Part shown: positions 32,249 through 41,649 of the stretch, one piece after another
Position numbering within the stretch: the first letter of the stretch is position 1
How the letters are laid out: each line of letters begins with the position of its first letter
Notes under the pieces: model-generated
The model's input: the letters and a program-made list of their open reading frames with translations, nothing else
Told to the model about the DNA's origin: nothing
Databases searched by the model: none
From: Limisphaerales bacterium
GTDB lineage: Bacteria > Verrucomicrobiota > Verrucomicrobiia > Limisphaerales > JAJOIW01
Reading direction: 5' to 3'
Length of the DNA: 64,000 nt
Assembly (NCBI GenBank): GCA_965657355.1
Contig: CBFHOE010000002.1
Location: forward strand, 423,449 to 487,448
Translations under genes and position numbers: made by a program

Positions 32249-32344
32249 GGAGAGTGAAAGGTGCCTGGTGGTCCTCGCGGTCTTCAAAACCGTGGTGAGT
32301 CGCTTCAACGGGTCAGGTAGGTTCGATTCCTACCCTCTCCGCCA
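32249..32344 (+). tRNA. selC: tRNA-Sec (anticodon UCA)
   Basis: 96 nt; anticodon loop CTTCAAA, D-loop TGGT, long variable arm, GTAGG-TTCGATT-CCTAC T-arm, discriminator G plus encoded CCA. Confidence 0.93.
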
Positions 32345-32830
32345 ATTACCGCGCCGAGCTAAAATATACCACAAACACACCTCAATTTGTGGGGCAAACG
32401 AGGTAAGTTTTGAAGCTATGTTTATTCTTCCCAGTAGTATTTTTTTGCTGCTTTCGCCCCACCTCAAGTATTGCTCCAGCAGTTACCCTTTAAAAACATC
32501 TTCAATAAATCCAGCAAGCCAAATAGTTTTTAATAAGGTAGACGCTTTTTAATTTCATATTTTCCAAGTCCTGGTCATCAAAACCAGACACTATCAATAG
32601 GGGAGGAGAAAGCAGAAAAATAAAAATCCTGACGATTCCAGCCTAAAAAATCCAACGCATATTTTAGTTTCCCATATTTGCCAGGAAATACTTTTAGTGT
32701 CATATAAGAAACAGGTAATAAGACTTCTAGATGGAGCATGGCTGAAGCTCGGTTTAATCTCGAATGACTCGAGGATCAAACTGAATTATTATCTACCATT
32801 CGGTCTAACCGATTTTCAGATTTAAGAACA

Positions 32831-34978
32831 TTATTCACTTGAGCTGTGGATTATAGATTTTGCCCAATCAACGAATATATTCTGCTGCGAGGCTTGAAAA
32901 CTGTTGATTTCATCTGGGAACCGCCAGGTTACTAATTTATTGCTCTCCACTAACCCTTTCATACTCTTATTTATCTGAAAATAATCTGCAAACCTATCCC
33001 GTTTCGGTGTAACGATAAGACAAGGTTTTTGTGAAGCCATTTTCAAAATATCTTTGTTGTCAATTGGGATATCACCTTCACGCCCATGATAGATTCCAAG
33101 CCGTGGGGCCAGTGCGTGGAGATTCCAGAGATCAGAGTTGTCCGAAGTCCTCATAGGAGACCAACCACTAAAACAAGCAAAACCAGATATGTTTTCATCC
33201 AAAGCTGCTGTGTACATAGCCACCAAAGAACCAACTGAATAACCTAGTAAAAATACTCTGTCAGGATCTAATTTTGGAATAGTGTTTTGCGACGAGCCTT
33301 TGCCATATATGGCAAATTGCACAGCGGCTTGAGCATCCTCTACCATGCGACCAAGTCGAGACCATCTAGGATATTTATCATAGAATGTTGTGCCCTCCAA
33401 AAGTCTCAATCCGAATCCACATTGATCATAAGCAATAACTGCAAAGCCATTTTGCGCCAGTCTATTGTACACCGTTGTTCCCTGCACACCGTAACCTTCA
33501 TTGTAACCACTGTGATAGGAATAAGGATGGAGCCAAATTACCACTGGCATTGGATCAGCTTGGTTCTCGTTAAAATAAAGATTGCCTTTTACATGGCTTC
33601 CAAAGTTTATGGGCACCCTTTTTACATCGCCAGGTTTCCATCGATCGTGAGTCATCAGTTCTGATTCCTCTTTGGTCAAAAATTCTAATTGGTCGGATTT
33701 GGTTATAGATAGAGGTTTTTCCCCAAGTATCCACTTTATTTTTTCCTTAACAGGTGCATCATCGCTCAATATAAGATCATCCTCGTTCTGATTGGATCGC
33801 CACACATTCCAATTAAAATCATGCAGTAATTCCTCTTTAAAATCAGAGGAGCCAGGATCACCTCTTTCGAATGCATGATCGATCCAATCGAGGTTGCGTT
33901 TCCGGTCCTCAAAAGAGATCTTATCTTTTCCGACCGACGAATGACCACCAGTTCTATAGTCGAGATGTAATTTCTGTTTGTGCCCCAAGAATTCGTATAC
34001 GGCCCGGCCCTCGACAAATGCCTTTTCAACAGCAAAAGTCGGCTCAGCTCCATCATTATGTGCTGTATGTATCAAGCAATGGCGTGGAGCAATCAGGGCA
34101 TACCATCCATGGGCATCTATCGGTAATTTATCTTCACTTCCATTGTATTGTTTTAGAGAGGGCAGAAACCATTCACTTGGAAAGTCAGATGGAGTTTCAG
34201 CAAAGGTGTTTCGACTAGTGAGTCTGTATGGGCTGGACGCTGGGGATCCGGGGCTTCTTGCGACAACACAGGCAATACGTTTATCAAAAGCCGCTGCTAT
34301 CATCGCCTGTTTTCCGTACCTTGAAAAACCAATAATTGAAATCTGTTTTGGTTTAATTTTAATGACACTTTGCGAGCTTGTGAGGTAATCGATACAACGA
34401 CTAGCCAGCCATCCCTTTGTGCTAATCTCGGTCCAGGTGGCATTCGGATATTCATTTCTAAAAGACTCCCAAACACTTTCGTAACCAGGATAATTATTTT
34501 CCTGGTGGTGGCTATCAACGCCGGGGAACAAACAAACGGCATATCCTCGCTTTAATGCATCTTCAGCCCAAAGTAACTGATAATCTTTTGGTGCTGTTAA
34601 AAGTAATGGAAACGGGCCATCTCCGTGGGGAATCCAGAGTTCCATCTCGAAAGACGCCTTATTTGTAGTACTCAAGATTATCTTTATTCTTTGTCGTCTG
34701 GATCCATCTGAAAGTTTCTCCTCAGAGGTTATTTCAGAATCAGCTATCTTGGGAGTCTCTTCAGGGAATGTTCCAACAAAATATCTAATTAAAAGTGAAT
34801 GAATCTCATCTTTGCGATTTTCCCAATCTCTCATTATCTCTACTTTTTTCCCACTTAAGAAGTTCAATAGAGGAGGAAGGTCTTGTCGTGAATATTGATT
34901 TTCTTGGCCCACCGCACCAGGGCTAGTGATTGAAAGAAGTATCACAAAGACAATAATGCAAGATATACCTTTTCTCAT
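32831..34978 (-). CDS. Secreted tandem alpha/beta-hydrolase (CE15 glucuronoyl-esterase-like domain plus a second esterase domain)
   Basis: Signal peptide; GFSRYGK and ALIAPR in domain 1; GYSVG nucleophile elbow in domain 2. Confidence 0.75.
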   Translation of the reverse strand: MRKGISCIIVFVILLSITSPGAVGQENQYSRQDLPPLLNFLSGKKVEIMRDWENRKDEIHSLLIRYFVGTFPEETPKIADSEITSEEKLSDGSRRQRIKIILSTTNKASFEMELWIPHGDGPFPLLLTAPKDYQLLWAEDALKRGYAVCLFPGVDSHHQENNYPGYESVWESFRNEYPNATWTEISTKGWLASRCIDYLTSSQSVIKIKPKQISIIGFSRYGKQAMIAAAFDKRIACVVARSPGSPASSPYRLTSRNTFAETPSDFPSEWFLPSLKQYNGSEDKLPIDAHGWYALIAPRHCLIHTAHNDGAEPTFAVEKAFVEGRAVYEFLGHKQKLHLDYRTGGHSSVGKDKISFEDRKRNLDWIDHAFERGDPGSSDFKEELLHDFNWNVWRSNQNEDDLILSDDAPVKEKIKWILGEKPLSITKSDQLEFLTKEESELMTHDRWKPGDVKRVPINFGSHVKGNLYFNENQADPMPVVIWLHPYSYHSGYNEGYGVQGTTVYNRLAQNGFAVIAYDQCGFGLRLLEGTTFYDKYPRWSRLGRMVEDAQAAVQFAIYGKGSSQNTIPKLDPDRVFLLGYSVGSLVAMYTAALDENISGFACFSGWSPMRTSDNSDLWNLHALAPRLGIYHGREGDIPIDNKDILKMASQKPCLIVTPKRDRFADYFQINKSMKGLVESNKLVTWRFPDEINSFQASQQNIFVDWAKSIIHSSSE

Positions 34979-35610
34979 AACAAATAATTACAATGTCAAT
35001 CATAACTGGTATTAATCGCTTTGTGAATAAAGAGTGTCAGAATCTGCAGATATTGGATCTCTGTTAAAACTCCAATACCAATAGAATGCTATAAGAATTA
35101 TGCCCGGTAAAATTTCGGGTTTTTATACGATTGTCGCTTACAATCTCTAACCAAAATCTCACCAGAATATGGTTGCCGTCACTTTTCGTTTGAATTTCTG
35201 GAACAATCCTGAAGGGCAAAAAGGACATCAGCACATTCAATTTTTTCCACTGCAAAAGCAAAAGACCTTTGGAGATTGGAAAGAATTAAAAATGCACAGT
35301 CGAAATAGGTTTAAGTTTATACCCAAACACTTTCCGTGGGTAGTCATTCTGGCAGTCAGCTCATACTGAAAGTATCTTGTTTATCAAGATACCTGCTCAA
35401 TTCAAATTTTTATCTTGTTGGAATTAGAGAAACAATAGTTTCGTCTGAATCATATGGCTGTTCAAATTCGACTTCCGTTTAATACATTTGAAAAAATGTA
35501 AGATACGTGTTTATTTTTGATGAGTTTACAACTGATTACCTCGGCATCACTCAATACCGCTCAGAAATGAATTACGATTGATTGCTTAAAAAATTGAATC
35601 AAAGAGAATC

Positions 35611-36951
35611 ATGACAATACGACACGCTTTCGCCATAAGCATTGCTTTTATTTGTGGACAAACAGATCTTTTTTCAAATGAAAGTGCCCGCCAGTTAAAT
35701 TTATTACAAAAGATTTCTCTTGGATTAAAGTCACCTACGGTTTTGAAGCTTGATCAGTTACCCAGTGATTTGGTCGCTGATAAGGCGGTTGGTGTGCTAC
35801 GACACCAACTATTGGAAGGCGAGGTAATTCATATCGCCAAAAAAGGCGTTCGCGGTTTATTCGAGACTAGAGCAGTGAGAACACCGAAAGGAGATCTCCT
35901 ATTGATGTTTCCTGAGGGAAACCATTACGCTGCCGGTCCCGGCAAAGTGAATGACATGATCGCCTATCGGTCCAAGGATAACGGAAAAACTTGGGATGGC
36001 CCCACGGTGGCATTCAATATTGACTATAGTCAACACGGATTTATCCCTCTCATACCGAAAGGCAGCAATCGAATCTATGCTTTTGGAACACAGCCAATTC
36101 CAGATAAATATAGCAGAGAGAAAGGAAAATTTGAAAATACTCCAATTGGATTTCGATGGTCAGACGATGATGGGATTTCCTGGAGCGATGCCACATTGAT
36201 TAAACCCACCAATGATCCTGGTTTTCTTGGCATGTCAGTGACTCGTATGTGCGAAACAGCAAGTGGTGCGTGGATTCTCGGTTCGCATTCAGCAGATTGG
36301 TCAAAAAAACCATTAGAGACCCAGCAATATATCTTACGAAGCGAGGACCAAGGTCGCTCATGGACATTGTTGCCTGGCGTGAGACCAAATGGATGGTTTG
36401 CACCTGATTTCAAAAGAATGGACGAAGGCCGCCCAATTTGGGTTGGCGGGAGCGAGGTTTTATTTATGGCGAGAACACCTGCGGGGCAGATATGGACGGC
36501 TCGAAGTTTCGATGACGGCCAGACATGGTCGACACCAAAGCCATCATCCCTCGTGCACCCCGATGCTCCTCCTATGGTCTATCATCTCAGTGATAAAAAA
36601 ACTTTAATTACCTTTTTTCACAACCGACATATCGGCACGCAATACACCGGATTATCTGGAACTATGGATGGGATGAAGGACCGTTCAGAAATCTGGATCT
36701 CCCTTTCCAAAGACGGAGGCCGGCATTGGTCAGAACCCAGATTCTTGTTCGCCAACGCGACTCGACCTAATCCAGAAAAAAATGGATGGTTTAATCATCA
36801 AGTCTCTTATCTTGATGCTGTCATCGACAATAGGACGATTCACATCTTCTGCCCCCACTTATGGAATCGTGCGGTTTATTTAAAAATCTCAGAATCAAAT
36901 TTAAACAAACTCCCCACTAAAGCCATGCTGAACCGGATGCAGAATAATTGA
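35611..36951 (+). CDS. BNR/Asp-box beta-propeller (sialidase-family) protein
   Basis: Five Asp-boxes: SKDNGKTW, SDDDGISW, SEDQGRSW, SFDDGQTW, SKDGGRHW. Confidence 0.8.
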   Translation: MTIRHAFAISIAFICGQTDLFSNESARQLNLLQKISLGLKSPTVLKLDQLPSDLVADKAVGVLRHQLLEGEVIHIAKKGVRGLFETRAVRTPKGDLLLMFPEGNHYAAGPGKVNDMIAYRSKDNGKTWDGPTVAFNIDYSQHGFIPLIPKGSNRIYAFGTQPIPDKYSREKGKFENTPIGFRWSDDDGISWSDATLIKPTNDPGFLGMSVTRMCETASGAWILGSHSADWSKKPLETQQYILRSEDQGRSWTLLPGVRPNGWFAPDFKRMDEGRPIWVGGSEVLFMARTPAGQIWTARSFDDGQTWSTPKPSSLVHPDAPPMVYHLSDKKTLITFFHNRHIGTQYTGLSGTMDGMKDRSEIWISLSKDGGRHWSEPRFLFANATRPNPEKNGWFNHQVSYLDAVIDNRTIHIFCPHLWNRAVYLKISESNLNKLPTKAMLNRMQNN

Positions 36952-37127
36952 TAATCGCTTGCTCTGGAATTGAAATATACCGACTGAAGCAACACCCGGT
37001 TCCTCGGACTAGGGAAAAGTGACGAATCTACCACCTAGACCGACAATTACCTTGTTCCATATTTATTCTTGGACAAAAGATTCTAGTTTTATCTAACCCA
37101 AGGAAATGACAAAACTAAAACAAATGG

Positions 37128-38156
37128 TCATTGGGACTGAACAAGCTCCATTGAATGAGCCGAGAACCCAGCGCCAAAGCTGGCGAGCCACAGGTTGTCA
37201 TCTGGTTTCGGAGACAATAGTTGTTTTTCAAGAGCGAGAAGAACCGAAGGGCTACTGCAGTTACCATACTCCTGTAACGCTTCCCTAGAAGCACTGAGAT
37301 CGAATTCCGGCAGAATATTGCTAATCTGATCCAGCACGTCCCTGCCTCCTGAATGCGTGATTACTTTCCCTGGGCTTTGAGTTCGTTTGGAAAACAATTC
37401 CTTCACAGCCTTTGCCGCGACTTTGGGGACACTTCTATGAAGTTGATTCTTCAGTTTACCACCCTGGTTGATAAAACGAATTTTCTCTCTTTCCTCAGGC
37501 CAATGAAGTGTTTGAAAATTATTGGCTTTATATTTCGACTGAGATGGTTGGTTTGACCAAATTGCGGCTGCTGCTGCGTCACCAAAAAGACTGAGGCTGA
37601 TGAGAACACCGATATCCTCGTCGATATAGAAAGCAGCAGAACAAATTTCAACAGCAATTGTTGCGACCTTTGCGTCGGGATTGGCGGCTAAAAACCCCTG
37701 CGCAGACCTTATTGTCGGAATGGCCGCACCACACCCTAATCCAACGACATCGGAGAGATAGGCATTTGACCGCATTCCAAGTTTTTCTGAAATATGACTT
37801 GTCAAACCGGGACACAAGTATCCTGTGCAAGTGCACACAAATAAAGCATCAAGATCCTCAGGTAACATACGAGCTTTTTCCAGAGCCTTTTGAAGCGCAG
37901 ACGTGCTGAGTTTTGGAGCCTCCTTTTCGAATGCCCGAATAAGCGAGGTTGCATCCATGTCAAATAGAACTGAGGGATCTTCAAAAGCGAAATGCCTTTT
38001 TGATATACCAGAATCACCCGAGAGTATATTTTTGACTATTGAGCGCTGGCGGCCTCCCAGATCATGGAAAGCTTTAGTGGATTCGATGATTCCGAGGCAC
38101 TCCAATTGTGTAAATGAGTGCCCGGGTACTGCGGAGGATAAAGATTCTAGATACAT
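37128..38156 (-). CDS. Type III polyketide synthase
   Basis: Cys-His-Asn triad: GLGCGAA, THSGG, YGNCSS; also LFGDAAAA and SFGAGFS. Confidence 0.9.
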   Translation of the reverse strand: MYLESLSSAVPGHSFTQLECLGIIESTKAFHDLGGRQRSIVKNILSGDSGISKRHFAFEDPSVLFDMDATSLIRAFEKEAPKLSTSALQKALEKARMLPEDLDALFVCTCTGYLCPGLTSHISEKLGMRSNAYLSDVVGLGCGAAIPTIRSAQGFLAANPDAKVATIAVEICSAAFYIDEDIGVLISLSLFGDAAAAAIWSNQPSQSKYKANNFQTLHWPEEREKIRFINQGGKLKNQLHRSVPKVAAKAVKELFSKRTQSPGKVITHSGGRDVLDQISNILPEFDLSASREALQEYGNCSSPSVLLALEKQLLSPKPDDNLWLASFGAGFSAHSMELVQSQ

Positions 38157-38160
38157 TAAA

Positions 38161-39180
38161 TTATTTTAAAAAATGGCTAAGTGTTTTCATGGGAATCAGT
38201 CGTGCTGAGCCCAAATAATATAAAAGTCGTTGTCCAATATTGGAAAAGAACAATGGATGTATCCATCCAGAAAGCCTCATTCTTGTTTTAAATTTATTAT
38301 TGAGGCCATGCTTTATAGACTCGGTAATTTGAGGCCATGAATCTTCTCCATTAGCATACTTGGCGAGTGGATTGCAGGCGACTTCTGCAGATTCAAGAGC
38401 CATCGACATGCCATTACCGGTGAATGGTGGAATAATAGAATGGTAATCACCTAATACTAATCTTTCCTCGTGTTTTTGTACTGCTCCCAAAGAAAAAGCG
38501 GAAACTCCCTTAAAAGCACCCTCCACGGGGTCCGCGTCGCCAAGCCTTTCCGCAAGAGCATTTAAACCATTTTTGATCAAATACTGGTTTAACAGATTGA
38601 TTCCTTTTGAGCTATCAGCAAATTCGGATTTCCTAAATAAACCACAAGCATTGACCTTATTTTCTTCGATTCGACAAAGGCCAAGGTAGCAATTATTGCC
38701 TATGTGCATTTCCAAATCAGAATGCAAATCAAGCCCGGAAAAGTGAGACTTTAGACCAATCCAATGACTTTCTTTTTCTAACCGCCTTCCACAAGCAAAA
38801 ACATTACCATTGCTTTCGACAGCTTTCATCCTGGAGCCAGTAAAAAGTTCACCGCCCATGTCCTGGAAAGTCTCGGCAAGCATTTCATCGAGGCTATACC
38901 TTGAAATCGCTAAGGCTGGAGACGAGAGCTTAAAGCTATAAAATTTTTTGTTTTTATAAAACCAATCGACTTTGCTATGCCTTAGGGCTGATTCGAAGAG
39001 TGGACTGATACCGAGATAATCAAGAGTGGATTTTTTCACTCCATTAATGAATTCGCCACATACTTTATGACGTGGGTATTGTGATGCTTCGTGGAGTGTG
39101 ACTGGGATTTCAAGTTTCCTTAAAGCAATCCCTAGCGACAAGCCTGTTAATCCTCCGCCTATGATTTTAATTTCATTCAT
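38161..39180 (-). CDS. FAD-dependent oxidoreductase/monooxygenase
   Basis: IIGGGLTG, YPRHKVCGEF, GD...IPPFTGNGMSMA. Confidence 0.85.
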   Translation of the reverse strand: MNEIKIIGGGLTGLSLGIALRKLEIPVTLHEASQYPRHKVCGEFINGVKKSTLDYLGISPLFESALRHSKVDWFYKNKKFYSFKLSSPALAISRYSLDEMLAETFQDMGGELFTGSRMKAVESNGNVFACGRRLEKESHWIGLKSHFSGLDLHSDLEMHIGNNCYLGLCRIEENKVNACGLFRKSEFADSSKGINLLNQYLIKNGLNALAERLGDADPVEGAFKGVSAFSLGAVQKHEERLVLGDYHSIIPPFTGNGMSMALESAEVACNPLAKYANGEDSWPQITESIKHGLNNKFKTRMRLSGWIHPLFFSNIGQRLLYYLGSARLIPMKTLSHFLK

Positions 39181-39815
39181 TTTATACGTCTTGCGGATAA
39201 TCGGTATGAGCCAAGAAGAGTAATTTGTTCTGAATAAGACCAATTCACATCGGTATCGAGACCAAGTAAAAATGGAAGCTCACCCTTTTTAAAGCCTGCC
39301 TTTATACTCACAATCATATCATGCCTGGTCACACGATTAACAAAAGGAATTAAAATGTATGCTTGCAGTATCGACAACAGCGACCTATGTGGCTCAACAA
39401 TAAACAGGAACTTACCACCGCGTAGTTTTTCACCTAAGACTTTCAGCTGACTCTCATTAAGGTGGTGCAAAAACAAAACGGCGATATTTGTATGAGAGAA
39501 CTCACTTGGGTCTAGGTGACACACATTACCTTGGATCCATTGTATTTCCGAAGACAAACCTTTTGGTTTTGGTTGAAGATCTATTCCAGATACTTCATAG
39601 CCTTCCTCGTAGATTGAATTTAATAAAGATCCGTCCCCTGCTCCAAGCTCGGTTACTCGATCAATTTCTTCAAATTTCTTATGACATGCCCTAATCCAGT
39701 TTGGATTTCTCATAAGAAAATTAATAAACTTCAGGTCATGTCGACTACGCAAGGCCTCAGGATCATCTGATGGCAAAGAATCCAAAATTTCATCTGTCAA
39801 CCTTCGCTCCTTCAT
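39177..39815 (-). CDS. Class I SAM-dependent methyltransferase
   Basis: EILDSL...DL..IN, ELGAGDG, LFLHH, VTRHD..VSI.AGF; ATGA overlap with the next gene. Confidence 0.85.
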   Translation of the reverse strand: MKERRLTDEILDSLPSDDPEALRSRHDLKFINFLMRNPNWIRACHKKFEEIDRVTELGAGDGSLLNSIYEEGYEVSGIDLQPKPKGLSSEIQWIQGNVCHLDPSEFSHTNIAVLFLHHLNESQLKVLGEKLRGGKFLFIVEPHRSLLSILQAYILIPFVNRVTRHDMIVSIKAGFKKGELPFLLGLDTDVNWSYSEQITLLGSYRLSARRIK

Positions 39816-40076
39816 ATTTAAAAAATGGGAAATCATGAATACTCGTTTTACAAGAAAGCTTCAGGTGTATTGAATAAGTTCAGATTTTTCTTCCACATAC
39901 TTTACAAACAAATACCCCTTTAACTTAGACTGATAAATAGAAATCTCAACATAAGTAAAACGAAACTTTCTTCAATTCGAAGTGCAGTGTGGAGGAAATT
40001 GAGTGAGAACTTTGATGGATATTTAAAATGCGCAACCTATTACTGGGTGATAGTATCGAGGCGGATTTTTTTCTTC

Positions 40077-41207
40077 ATGAGGGACCGGTTATTCTACATT
40101 GATAATATTCGAATTTTCACGATTGGATTGGTTGTTCTGCACCACTTTGCAACGAGTTATGGAGCAACCGGAGATTGGTATTATGTTGAGGGGGCTCCAG
40201 ATAATGTCTTTTTTCAAATTCCCCTAACGATGTTTACGGCAACTAATCAGGCATTTTTCATGGGGCTTTTATTTTTTGTTTCTGCTTATTTTGTCAATGG
40301 GTCCTATGAGCGAAAAGGCCCAAGGGTTTTTATAAAAGAACGACTGATCCGCTTGGGAATTCCCATGGTTGCCTATATTTTTCTTTTACAACCCATTACT
40401 GGATTCATCGCCTACCGCATGACCACTGACGACCAAGCCCCCATCAATTTATTGGAATATCTTTCAAAAGGATTAGGAATGGGATTGGGGCCTATGTGGT
40501 TTGTGGAAGTCCTTATTATCTTTTCATTTGTATACGCTATTTTTAGGCTATGGAAACCGATTAATTCCGACAGGATATTTCCAAAGACTCCCCCCTCTGC
40601 CTTTGCTATGATGAAAACCATTTTATGTCTTGGTTTAGTCACAGGCTTTTTACGCACTCTTATTCCAGTTGGTGAGTGGATACCATACCTGCATCTGCAA
40701 ATTGCTCATTTTCCTCAATACCTCTTGATGTTGTTCGGTGGACTCGCAGCCTCAAAACGTGGATGGCTTAATTCCATATCGGTAAAGTCGGGATGGAGAT
40801 GGTTTACCTTTGCAATTGTCTCAATAATAATCGGCTTCCCTCTGATCTTCTATTTTGGAGGCGCAGCTTCTGGAAATTTAGAACCCTTCATGGGAGGATG
40901 GCACTGGCAAAATTTCATTTATTCCATCTATGAACAAATTGTTGGAATCAGCCTCATCCTTGGATTACTCGGCATCTTTAAAGGTTCATTCAATTTTACA
41001 AATAAGTGGGTGAGAGCTTTTTCAGACAGCACGTATACTGTCTATGTTTTTCATTCCATTTTAATTTTATTGGTATCCTGGGCAGCCATACCATTGAAAA
41101 TGAACCTATTGCTTAAATTCATCATCCTCGCCTTTCCCTGCTTGATTTTTACTTTTGCCATCTCTTGGCTGATCCGAAAAATCCCATACTTTTCAAGGGT
41201 GCTTTAA
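40077..41207 (+). CDS. Acyltransferase family 3 (OpgC/MdoC-like) membrane protein
   Basis: RLFYIDNIR...LVVLHH, FFMGLLFFVSAYF, RLIRLGIP, GPMWF, YTVYVFH. Confidence 0.85.
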   Translation: MRDRLFYIDNIRIFTIGLVVLHHFATSYGATGDWYYVEGAPDNVFFQIPLTMFTATNQAFFMGLLFFVSAYFVNGSYERKGPRVFIKERLIRLGIPMVAYIFLLQPITGFIAYRMTTDDQAPINLLEYLSKGLGMGLGPMWFVEVLIIFSFVYAIFRLWKPINSDRIFPKTPPSAFAMMKTILCLGLVTGFLRTLIPVGEWIPYLHLQIAHFPQYLLMLFGGLAASKRGWLNSISVKSGWRWFTFAIVSIIIGFPLIFYFGGAASGNLEPFMGGWHWQNFIYSIYEQIVGISLILGLLGIFKGSFNFTNKWVRAFSDSTYTVYVFHSILILLVSWAAIPLKMNLLLKFIILAFPCLIFTFAISWLIRKIPYFSRVL

Positions 41208-41241
41208 GAATTCTCGAACAAAAAATACCATTACTCATTAT

Positions 41242-41282
41242 TACATTGCCAGCCGAGGTATGGTACCTTGTGTAGCGATGTA
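41242..41282. promoter_or_regulatory. Tandem palindromic operators upstream of padR
   Basis: TACATTG-N5-CGAGGTA (41242-41260) and TACCTTG-N5-CGATGTA (41264-41282), 22 bp period. Confidence 0.65.
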
Positions 41283-41305
41283 ATAATTAAATAATCTAGA
41301 AGCAA

Positions 41306-41644
41306 ATGGAATACGATAGAGATTTAGTGAGAAGCGTAGCGGGGCCTGTTGTCCTGAAGTTGGTATCCGAGAGACCAATGTATGGATATGAAATTATCAA
41401 GTTGGTTAATGAACGAACTAATGGAAAGTTCGAGTGGAAAGAGGGAACGCTATATCCGTGTCTTCATAGGCTTGAAGGAGCCGGGCTGATTAAAAGCAAA
41501 TGGGAAAACCAGGGTAGCGGACGCTCCAGGAAATACTACAACATCACTCGAAAAGGAAAGGGCGTTCTGAATAATAAAGTAGAAGAATGGAATTCTTTTT
41601 CTGAAATCGTCCAGTCCATCTTTTTAACTAAATCTACTCCATAA
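41306..41644 (+). CDS. PadR-family transcriptional regulator
   Basis: MYGYEI, EGTLYPCLHRLE, RKYYNIT.KG. Confidence 0.93.
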   Translation: MEYDRDLVRSVAGPVVLKLVSERPMYGYEIIKLVNERTNGKFEWKEGTLYPCLHRLEGAGLIKSKWENQGSGRSRKYYNITRKGKGVLNNKVEEWNSFSEIVQSIFLTKSTP

Positions 41645-41649
41645 GCACC

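Noticed and set aside
32031..32552. 173-aa ORF in the track
   Set aside because: It runs through tRNA-Sec and antisense to the rnr start; spurious.
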